Assembly: GCF_038025025.1 (NCBI RefSeq)
Contig: NW_027117340.1
Coordinates: 1,426,001-1,490,000, forward strand
Direction of reading: 5' to 3'
From: Phyllosticta citribraziliensis
Lineage: Eukaryota
DNA length: 64,000 bases
The position numbers and the translations under genes are program-made. Position 1 is the stretch's first letter, and each line of letters starts with the position of its first letter. Of the stretch, positions 1 through 10,654 are shown piece after piece. The notes under the pieces are model-generated. The model was not told where the DNA came from, made no database searches, and saw nothing but the letters and a program-made list of their open reading frames with translations.

Positions 1-1064
1 GTCCTTTCTGGAACGGCCGCTGATTGAAGCACCCAAGTTTTGCGCATACTTGGTCGCCTGGCCCACAGTCTTTGCAGATAGAGTGGCAGCGCTGGACGTA
101 AAATCGTGAATCTTCCTAACGCGCTGGTGTGTTGCTGGCTGGAAAGTGACCGGATTGTTGGCTGGCTTTGTCTTTTTCATGAATCCCTCTGCTCCCGTCG
201 TCATCATGTTGCTAATGTAGCTTGAACCAGTGACAATAAGCCTCGAGGCCGCAGCGGCGTTCTGCACAAGGGTCGAGTTCTGGTATGCCGGATGTCTGGC
301 CATGCGCAAGTATTCGTCGGAGATGGGGTGGACTGCGACATGCTGACCGTCTGAGGAAATTTCGATTTCGACCGGAGCTACACAATGTCAGCATCTGCAA
401 CCATGTTCAGGGGAGGCAACGTACTCTTTGAACCAGGCTTGAGTGCGGCATCCTCTTCGATTTGAGCACCTTCGGCCAGCTCGCCGACCACGCAACCGTC
501 GTCCTCGTCGACAAGGACGACCTGGCCATGTTGCGACTTGCCAGTGCCATGAACGTACGCTTCTCCAGGCTTGAAGTTTCCCGGATTGTAGGATTTCTCT
601 CCTCCAAAGCCCGCGCCCTCGTAATGGGGCGGAGGGCCCTGCGCGCGCTCCAGGAATGCGGTGCACTGGGCTAGAATGGTCTCGAAGGTATCGACATCTT
701 CTTGTGTAACACCCTGGCCGAGGGGTGGGAATTCGATGCGCGTGAATGCGCCGCTCTCGGGACCGAGATCCCAGCGTGGGATCAGATAGCTGTTGGGCGG
801 CTGGTGGTAGATTTGCGTCGTCGCAGGAAGGGGCAAATCCAGCTCGGGCGGCAGGTTGAGATGCAGGTAAAAATCCTCTTCGGGAGCTTCGTTTTGGGCG
901 CGCGCGGCAGAAACGTCGGCGAAGGGGCTGGAGGTGGGGACCATGAGCAGCGACAGCGTTTGCGGACCCGAGGGCGTCAGCGAGTCCTCCTGGCCATGTT
1001 GGATATGGTAGGCCTTGATTCCAGGGATGGAGAACAGCAAGCGAGGGTCGTTGTGGCCGGCCAT
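1..1064 (-). CDS. Senescence/spartin-associated domain protein, 5' part; gene runs off the left edge. Exons 1064-425 and 377-<1
   Basis: ORF starts MAGHNDPRLLFSIPGIKAYHI. An intron at 424-378 (GTACGT...GCTGAC...TAG) joins it to PVEIEISSDGQHVAVHPISDEYL...AASRLIVTGSSYISNMM...HQRVRKIH, which resembles fungal spartin-like proteins. Confidence 0.7.
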
Positions 1065-1812
1065 GTTTGCGAGAATGGGGAGAGGAGAGGGTTGCGCTGG
1101 CGTGGAGACGTGGAGGCGTCAACGTCTTTATGTAGGTGGTGATGTAGGTACGTCTGGGCGATGCGATGTCATAGGTTGTCGTCAGTGCACAGCCACGGTG
1201 GTGTGGCAGCCAGCGCGGGATGCACCCGACGCCACAGGCGCCTGGAGAAAAGAAATGTTTCACAGCGTCGGGCGATCAGCGTCAGGTCCAGTGCCATCCG
1301 TGTCGCGTCGCGTCTCTCTGAACTCGCTGCATCGATTACTTTCCCATGAACATGTATAGTCCTGAATCCGTCGTCCATAGCGCCCACGCCGTCCAGCCAT
1401 GATCGACGGCTCGAGCTTGGCGCGACCCCAGTGGGTCCCGTCTCCAACTCGTCCACAATCTTTTGCCGCTCTTTCACCGCTCCGCTTCTTTGAGTCGTCC
1501 ACGCCATTTTTTTTTTTTTTTTTGTCCCTCTACTCATACCCTCACCGGTCTCGACACTTTTCTCAGGGGCTCCTCATTCTCCTGCTGCCTTGTGCCAATT
1601 GACCGCACAAAGAAAAACAAACGGACTCCTAGCTCCTCCTCTCCAGCTCTGGCGACGCGCCAGGTCTTCAAAATTTCGTCGGCAGCTCGCCACTTCTTTT
1701 CTCCAATCTACGTCTGCGTGGCTGCCACCAAGCAGTCACCGCAGACCATCTTCTTCACCACGTCTCTCGTGCAAGACTCCGTCCTCGGACAGGCCCCGCG
1801 GCTTCACTCGGG

Positions 1813-4035
1813 ATGGTGGAGCCACACTTGCGAATCCGATCCGCCCTCGGCCTTGTCTCGAGGACATGGCGAATTGTTCGACGCAACCTGCCGCCCTTGA
1901 ACTTCATCACGCTGCACTATGCCTACTTCATCCTCACCTGTCTCATCTCGGCCGTCATTTTCTGGGGTGCCTCGACTCCAGCCAAGAGCGTCAACTTCAC
2001 CGATTCCGTCTTCCTCTGCGTGAGCGCCATGACGCTGACGGGCCTCAATACGGTCAACTTGTCCGAGCTCAACACCTTTCAGCAATTCATGCTCTTCTTC
2101 CTGATCATGATTGGTTCGGCCATATTCGTCTCGTCCTTTGTTCTCCTTGTGCGCAAGCGAGCCTTTGAGGCCAAGATCCACAAAGTCGTCCAGGAAGGAA
2201 AGGCGAACCAGGACAAGCCCGGCCGAATTTCCTTCAGGCGGCATTCGTTGTCGCGGGCGAGATTTGGGTCAACCCAAGACGTCAAGTCTGTCGGGGAGAC
2301 TAGTCCAGACCTTGCAACATCCGACGGCGAGGCGCATCTGCCTGCTCAAGAGCACTTGGCCATGACAACCGAAAAGACAGTCCAAATTCAAGAAATTGCG
2401 AAGCCAGAGCCGCAAGCTGGCGATCACATTCTGCCGTGCACTTCTACGGACGATCACATCAGTTTCAGTCCCGACGTGACTCCCAGCAGACGCCCTCGCC
2501 GCCATAGCCATCGTTTCCAAGGCGTCGGCGCTTACTCGAGTGCAAGCCTGCCCCAGCAGCTTGGGACCAACCGCAACTCAATTTACATGCACCACTCTCC
2601 GCAGGTAGACCAAGATGATCGATCGACCATCGTAGACGACAAGATTTCAGAGATTGGCGAAAAGTCTCTTGCAAAAGGATTTTCTGGCTTCGTCGGACGC
2701 AATTCGCAGTTTTACCACCTTTCCGAGGCCGAACGACTTGAAATTGGTGGAGTCGAGTACAAGGCGGTCAAGTTCTTGTCCATAGTCGTGCCTTTGTACT
2801 ATGTTCTCTGGCAGCTTCTTGCCTGCATTGGGATTGGTGCGTACGTTGCTCACAACCGACCATCCACAGCACACGAAAACGGGCTGAATCCTTGGTGAGT
2901 AAGATTGACTTGCCGGAGGCTCCACTCACTGATGGCTTCTAGGTGGGTCGGTGCCTTCAACGCCGTTTCGGCATTTAACAACTCGGGAATGAGCTTGCTT
3001 GATGCCAACATGACGGCGTTCCAGACGGCCTACTACATGCTCCTGACAATGGGATTGTGCATACTGGCAGGCAATACCTGCTATCCCATCTTCCTGCGCC
3101 TCATTATCTGGACGATTCGCAAGCTTCTGCCCAATACTGCGGGTTGGGATGACCTGCGTAACACGCTGAGGTTTCTGCTCGACCACCCGCGACGCTGCTA
3201 CACCAACCTGTTTCCCTCCGAGCACACATGGTGGCTGGCGCTGTCCGTCATCACGCTTAATGCCATTGACTGGGCAGCCTTTGAGGTGCTCAACATTGGC
3301 AACAAGGCCATCAACGACCTGCCAGGTGCGGCCGAGGTCATCGACGGCCTCTTCCAAGCCATGGCCGTGCGCTCCGGCGGCTTTTACGTCGTCTCAATGA
3401 CCCAGGTGCGCGTCAGCCTGCAAATTCTTTACGTGATCATGATGTACATTTCCGTCTACCCCGTCGTCATCACCATGCGCAACTCCAACGTGTACGAGGA
3501 GCGCAGCCTGGGCATCTACGCCGACGACCCCGTCTACAGCGACCACGACGACGCGCGCCACGAAAAGTCGCTCGTCGGCTTCGTCACGCGCCGGCTCCGC
3601 GGCCCCAAGAGCGACGGCGGGCCCCAGACCAAATCGTACTTTCTGCGGCAACAGCTGCGGGCGCAACTCGCACACGACCTGTGGTGGCTGGTGCTCGCCG
3701 TCTTCATCATCATGATCATCGAGGGCAGCCAGTTCGAGCGGGACCCGGCCAACTTCTCCGTCTTCAACGTCATCTTCGAGACGGTCAGCGGCTACGGCTG
3801 CGTCGGCATCTCCATCGGCGTGCCCGACGACGCGTACAGCTTCTCGGGCTGCTGGCACAAGCTGAGCAAGCTGGTGCTGTGCGCCGTCATGATTCGCGGC
3901 AGGCACAGGGGCTTGCCCGTTGCCATTGACAAGGCGGTCCTGTTGCCGAGCGAGGCCATGTTTAGAGCAGAGGAGGAGGACGCGCAAATTCGCATGGTGC
4001 GGACTGTCAGTCGCAGGGAGAAGGATATAGTGTGA
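1813..4035 (+). CDS. TRK: Trk/HKT-family potassium transporter. Exons 1813-2894 and 2943-4035
   Basis: Motifs LNFITLHYAYF, four pore-loop glycine segments (VSAMTLTGLNTV, VSAFNNSGMSL, AVRSGGFYVV, VSGYGCVGISIG), LDHPRRCYTNLFP, SNVYEERSLG and IRGRHRGLP. Intron 2895-2942 (GTGAGT...CTGAT...TAG) joins NPW|W. Confidence 0.93.
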
Positions 4036-4574
4036 GACAATGCCGCGATCGATCTTACCCAAGTGTTCGGTTCGAATGGAAAGATGGAAAGACTCATCTG
4101 TAAATATCTGGGGCTTGGTTGGTCTCGAGCATGTGCACAGCCAGAGCGACCACCAGCCAGCCTCCTCGACTTGTACATATGCGCGTACCCCAGATACAAC
4201 TCAAAGTGACCAAGGGAAAGCAAATGGACACTCGGTGGTCCACATGCTCCTTGTTCCTCTCTGCGAAACGTCATCGATCGCATCGTCTCGACTTTTCTGC
4301 CTTTGTTCTCTATCTCTATTCTACTCCGCAAGTGCCACGCCGTTCGCCCCTGGAGACAATGCGCCGTATAAATCGCCACTTTCGTATTCTGGAGGGCCAG
4401 CCACATGGGCACGACGCGCTTCTCGGTCGGCGATGTGATGCAAACGGGCTGCGTGTCGGGAGGGGATGAATTATGGACGGGATGGAAATATTGTGCTCGA
4501 GGAATCAGTCGACAATGAATGGACAATAGCGGCAGTGACTGGAGACACCCAGGGAACGGAAGAGAGGATGAATG

Positions 4575-4613
4575 GAGGAGGAGGAGGAAGAAGAAGAAGA
4601 AGGAGAAGAAAAA
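4575..4613 (+). repeat. (GGA)n/(GAA)n purine microsatellite
   Basis: ggaggaggaggaggaagaagaagaagaaggagaagaaaa read directly. Confidence 0.7.
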
Positions 4614-5542
4614 GGAGTGTAAGAAGGCGGCGTGATTGACGAGTTTTCTTTCCCACATTTTCTTTCCGTTGGGGCTGTGTCGATTACAAGAATCGATTGG
4701 ACGGGTAAGTGACTTCATCAATCGCATCCATCTGTCGAGCAGTGATGGGCGACGGAAACTTTCAGCCACGAGATGATGGCCGGCCTTGAGGCACGCGCGC
4801 CGCGCGATTTGTTTTGGCCAATGGCGTGCGGTTGGGGCGCGTGTCGGACCGTATGCGGCAGGTCTATCCAAACGCCCTCTCTCGCTTCACTTGCATCACG
4901 AACGTCCCTTTCGCCAGCGTCTAGCAAGTGAATGCAGATTCGGTACGACGGTGACCGAATGGCCGCATGATCGGGATGGCGACGTTGAGCCGTCAGTCAG
5001 TCAGCTTGCTACGAAATCGATTCGACTGTTTGACTCGTGGGTTGAGTGATTTTTCGAAACGGAGGCGCATGCGAGTGTTGAAGCAGGAGAAGAAAAAGAT
5101 AAAAGAAGAGGTGGAGCCCTGAAGTGCGTGTTGTGGCGGCAGTTGAATTCCAGCGGCGGGCAGTGCCGAAGACATGGCGGTAGTTGAGCACCGGCGCGTG
5201 GAACCAGGGTCTTCAGGGTTCCTTGGCAGGCGCCGATGCAGAGACGTTGGACCGGGCTTGAGAGAGCCTTACGTCTTCAATTGTCTCGGGGCGGTAGGCG
5301 GAGCAACAAGATTTGAGTCGGACAAATGAGGTGGTCTGGATTGGAGCCGACCTGGAAATCATGTTTTTGCGGTCACATTCCAGCCCTGCCACCGCTGACG
5401 GTGTTCATAGCGGCAGCTAAGCCGCGCTAAGAGATGGTTCCCGAGATGAGGTTTGCAGCGGCGGGAGCACTTCAAGGAGACGGCATCCTGACAGACCCGG
5501 CAGGTGAATGGTGGGAGACAAGGCCGATTGGAGTCGCGAGAC

Positions 5543-5582
5543 GAAGATGAAGATGAAGAAGAAGAAGAACAGGAAGAAGAAA
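5543..5582 (+). repeat. (GAAGAT)n/(GAA)n microsatellite between the Trk and ATPase genes
   Basis: gaagatgaagatgaagaagaagaagaacaggaagaagaaa read directly. Confidence 0.7.
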
Positions 5583-6241
5583 AGAGGCGACGTCGGTAAA
5601 GGGCCACATCGAGGCTGCTGATTGGCTTGTTCCGCCCCGTGGGGTTTGTCCGCAAACGGACTAGTCCGTTGGTCTCCCAAACCAACACCCAGTTTGCATC
5701 TCGAACCGTCTGGCGCGCCCCTACTGTATGCCCTCGCCTTTTCTAGAACACCAGCTAGAACACCTGCCGGCGAGATGGGCGTGACGCTGCTCTTCTCTTC
5801 TCTGCTCTGCCCTGCTGGGCTGAGGTGATGGTTGACGGTTCGGCGGCATCCATCCAGGGCTAACCTGCCAGACGAAAATGCCTCAGCCAACCTGCCCTGC
5901 GCTGCCCTGTCCTGGGACTGGACTGCACTGGACTGTCACACACCGCCGCCCCGATCAATACACATTCATCGCATGCAGACCAGGCGCCACATCCATTTGC
6001 TCGCACTTCTCCTCTACACAGCCACTGCCTCCCTTCACCCCCCAGATGCCCTGTCCGCTGCTCCCAAAAATGCCGCAACCACGGTACCCTCCGCCAGCTA
6101 GCTGCTGACAGTCATTTCTGCTCTTTATCAAGTCTTTTGCCGTGCTGGTCCATCAATCTCCTTTGTCTCGATCTTTTGCGCTGTCGTCTCTTCCCAATCC
6201 TCCATCTCGTCCTCAGGAGCTCGCTCCTACACCTCGCCGTC

Positions 6242-9200
6242 ATGACCGAAAAGCCCCAGGCCAACCTTTTCCCGCCTCAGGATGACCTGGAAATCGAAAG
6301 AGCTCCAAGTCGCACAATTCGCTATGCCGAGGATGTCGAGGCTGATCGCCGCCGAACAATCCACCGCCGCAGTTCCATGGACTCGACCAATTCCGGTCGC
6401 ACAATGCGCTCCCTGGGTCGCCGCGAAGTCGACCCCAGTGTTGCTTTGCCAATTCACTTCCGCACCCTGTGCGCAGACTCTTTCTTCATGTCATGACAGT
6501 TTGACTAATCTCCTTCAGTTCGTTCAATGTTGAGCATAGCCAGTCAAGAGAGGTACCTGAGGCTGTCAAGGTCAAAAGCAAGAAAAAGTCAAAGGAGGAC
6601 GATGCTTTCGGTAAGACGTCACGGGATCCTTTTCCACACCAGGCAGCACCAACTGACCGCTCAGACTACGCCACCGTCGACTGGCACAAGATTTCCCCCA
6701 ACGACCTCCTTCTGCGTCTCTCTACCTCCTTGACCCAAGGGTTGACCACAAGTGCTGCCGCGAGAAAACTCAAGGAGTTTGGTCCCAATCAGCCGTCTCC
6801 CCCTCCATCACGATGGTTCCGCAAGCTGCTCTCATACTTCTTTGGAGGTTTCGGTCTCATCCTGCTGGGCGCCTCTATACTCGTCTTCATCGCCTGGAAG
6901 CCGCTCGGCCAGCCACCGGCAGTTGCCAATCTTGCATTAGCCATTGTGCTCGCCATCGTCTTTTTTGTACAAGCTGGCTTCAACTTCTATCAAGGTCAGC
7001 CCTTTGCTAGTTGAAAAGTCCAATGCTCACGCGCCACAGACTGGTCCAGCTCCCGCGTCATGTCGTCAATCAAGAACATGTTGCCAGAGGACTGCATGCT
7101 TCTGCGCGAGGGTACGAAACAACATTTCGCCGGTCTCGACATTGTTCCCGGAGACGTCTTGTACCTCAAGATGGGTGATAAGCTCCCTGCAGATGTTCGC
7201 CTCGTCGAGTGCTCTCCTGACGTTCGATTCGATCGCTCGATTCTGACAGGCGAAACTGTTCCTCTTCGCGGCACGGTCGAAATGGTTAGTTGCATCGACG
7301 ATACTCCAGTGCGTTGCTAACTTCAAAGACCGATGAAAACTTCCTCGAATCTTGCAATGTTGGACTTGCCGGTACTCACTGTGTCTCTGGGTCCTGTGTC
7401 GGCATCGTGATAGGAACGGGCGATCGCTCCGTGTTCGGCCGTCTTGCAAAACTCACAAGCACCCCCAAGGCTGGTCTCACAACTCTCGAAAGGGAGATCT
7501 ACTACTTTGTCGCCGTCATTGTCGCCGTAATGGTGACCATGGTCATTATTGTCATTTCTGTGTGGGCTGGCTGGCTCCGCCACGAGCACCCCGACTGGAT
7601 CAGTGTCCCCGTCCTGATCGTCGACTGTGTCAGTGTCGCTGTCGCTTTCATTCCAGAGGTGTGTACAACGAACATCATTGATGCTCATTTGCTGATCCAA
7701 AAAGGGTCTTCCAATCGCCGTCACCGCCAGTTTGACCATTACCGCCAACATTATGAGGAAGAATGCCGTTCTATGCAAATCCCTCAAGACTGTCGAGACT
7801 CTTGGAGCTGTCAGCGTCATTTGCTCTGACAAGACTGGCACCTTGACGAAGAACCAGATGCGTGTCACAGACTGTCTCGTTGGCCGCGATGCTCTGTCCG
7901 CAACCGAAGCTGCTGGCAAGATCCAACTCTCTCGCGTTGCAGTCAACATTTTGGAGCCTTCGCTCGGCTGCAAGCACTTGGCCACTGTGGGCGCCGTTTG
8001 CAATGCCGGAGAATTCGATGCTTCCACCATGGACAAGCCTCTCATCGAACGCAAGATCAACGGTGACGCCACCGATACGGCCGTTCTCCGCTTTTCTGAA
8101 GGTCTTGTTCCTGTCCAGGAGAGCCGTCAGAAGTGGCGCAACGTCTACCGTGTTGCATTCAACAGTAAAAACAAGTTCATGATCCAAATGGCTCGGCGCG
8201 ATGTCTTTGAGCCCACTGGAGACGCCCAGTTTGACGAAGAAAGCGCAAAGCCTGAGGACCTGGTCATGATGATCAAGGGAGCCCCTGATATCCTGATGCC
8301 GCGTTGCTCTCAATACATTGACTACGACGGGCACAGCCAACCCTTGAGGCAGGAAGACGTCAAGTTCCTCGAAGATGCCAAGAACATTTGGTCGAGACAA
8401 GGCAAGCGCGTCATCCTAGTTGCCCAGAAGATCATGCCAAAGCACGTCACCGACATGGCAGTCGAATCCAAGGAGTTTGAAGACGCAGTCCTGGAACAGA
8501 GCAAGAGTGACCTCGTCCTTGTCGGCCTCGTCGCCATTGTTGATCCTCCCCGCGATGAGATCCCTGAGGTTGTTCGCACTCTCCGCGGTGCTGGTATTCG
8601 CCTTTTCATGGTCACTGGCGACTTTCAGCTGACTGCTGCCGCCATTGCGGCCGACTGTGGTATCATTACCAACCCACCCGAAGAGGTACACGACGTTTCG
8701 GCACTCCCAACGAACCCATCAAAAGAGCTCTCCATCTCCGAAGGCAAGATGCCCGCCTTGGTCCATCCCAGCGATAGCAGTGACAGCTACGGCGGAGTCC
8801 GCTCCATAGTCCTCTCTGGAGCCGACATGAACACTCTTACCGACACGCAATGGGATGTCCTCTGCAAGTACGACGAAATCGTCTTTGCTCGTACCACGCC
8901 CGAGCAGAAGCTCAAAATCGTGCTCGAGTTGCAAGCGCGTCACGAAACGGTTGGGATGACAGGCGACGGTGTCAACGACGCGCCGTCGCTCAAGCAAGCA
9001 GACATTGGCATTGCCATGGGCGGCGGTTCCGACATTGCTATTGAAGCCGCGGACATGGTCCTCCTCGAGTCGTTTTCCGCTGTCGTAGAGGCTGTCAAGT
9101 ACGGTCGTGTCGTCTTCGACAATCTCAAAAAGTCCATCTGCTACCTCCTACCCGCCGGCAGTTTTTCAGAATTCTGGCCTGTCATGACCAACGTCTGTTT

Positions 9201-9864
9201 TGGCTTGCCCCAGATCCTATCGAGCTTTCTCATGATCATTATTTGCTGCTTCACCGACTGCGCAGCTGCAACCGCCATCGCCTATGAGAAGCCCGAGGCC
9301 GATGTGCTTCTTCAGAAGCCACGGAACCCGCGCAAGGACCGTCTCGTCGACTGGAAGCTCGTCCTCCATGCCTACGGTTTCGTTGGCATGATCCAGTGCG
9401 TCACTTCATTCTCCATGGGCTATTGGTATGCCCAGCGCCAAGGACTACCCTTTTCGGACCTATGGTTTCGCTTCGGCAAAGTGCCCTCGCACATGACTGA
9501 AGAACGCTACACGGAAATCCTCAACACAGCATCATCGATTTATTTCGTCAACCTGGTTGTCATGCAATGGTTTAACTTGATGGCCGTGCGCACGCGCCGT
9601 CTATCTCTGATTCAGCATCCGCCCTTTGGCCGGAAGGAGACCAACAACTATCTGCTGTTCCCTGCCATTCTATTTTCCCTTGTCGTTGCCTTCATCTTCT
9701 TGTACCCGAAGAGCGTCCAGGACGTCATTGCTAGCACCACCGTGCCGGTAGAGTACTGGTTCCTGCCCATGGCGTTCGGCACAGGTCTGTTGTTGCTAGA
9801 CGAGACAAGGAAGTGGACTGCGAGAAAGTGGCCTCGTAGCACGGTGGCCAGACTGGCGTGGTAG
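6242..9864 (+). CDS. P-type ATPase, Na+/K+-ATPase alpha-like (fungal ACU-type K+/Na+ uptake ATPase). Introns 6469-6518, 6611-6664, 6995-7039, 7285-7328, 7659-7704
   Basis: Motifs DRSILTGE, IPE|GL (split by an intron), ICSDKTGTLT (phospho-Asp), FNSKNKF, KGAPD, DPPR, MVTGD, FARTTPEQK, TGDGVNDAPSLKQAD, FDNLKKSICYLLPAGSFSE and AYEKPEAD. All five GT-AG introns keep the frame. Confidence 0.92.
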
Positions 9865-10654
9865 ATTGTTTCCTTCCTTTTGAGCTAGATATCTCCTCAC
9901 GGCGCCCTGTTCAAAACTTAACGGCTGGCCTTTTCTTCCAAACTGTTCTTCCCGCAAGCGAGTCTTTTATCAAACTTGACCAAGCGTATTTCGGCTTAGC
10001 CCACAGATTCTATCGTACAGCACGGTTTGACTTGGTGTTCACACCTTGGACCAGCCAGATTGTTGAGCCAATGAGTGTACAAGACGTCCATGTTGCACGT
10101 AGAATAAATACCGTCTTCTTCCATTCTTTTGAAGTGTCTTTGGGGTTTTCAGCTGATGGTAGGACAAGGTGAATGAGCGATATTGAAGTCAAGTCTCCCT
10201 TTTTCCCTACGCCCCAGTCATTTCCAGAATGGAGTGGAGTGACTGTCCATGGGTTAGTGGACTTGTCGGAATACTCCCTCCGCGGGCGCCGGTATACTCA
10301 CCACCGGGCAAACAGCTACGCCATAGCAGTCACCGCGCCCGCTCTACCGCCTGCTCTGAAAAGCGTTAGCGCCTCAAGGTCTTGATTCTCGCTTGTTTAT
10401 AAGGACAAATTTTGGTGTTGGCGGTTCTTAATCCTCACCACCTTCAACTCGTCATCCCTCTCGCCGTTCGTCGACCGCACTCTCGTCGCCCTCAGCAACC
10501 TCGTCGCCCTCGACGCTCTCACGCCCAGCCACGACACGCTTCGTCGCCCTGCTGAGTCGTCAAGCCCACAACAAAAGTAAGTCCTCGCTACACAGCTCAT
10601 CCAACCCAACCTCAACCTCAACCTCCACACTCTCCGGTCTCAAAATCATTCACC

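Noticed and set aside
3792..6240. ORFs between Trk and the ATPase (e.g. the 359-aa minus-strand ORF)
   Set aside because: They overlap Trk antisense or run through microsatellites and are not protein-like.
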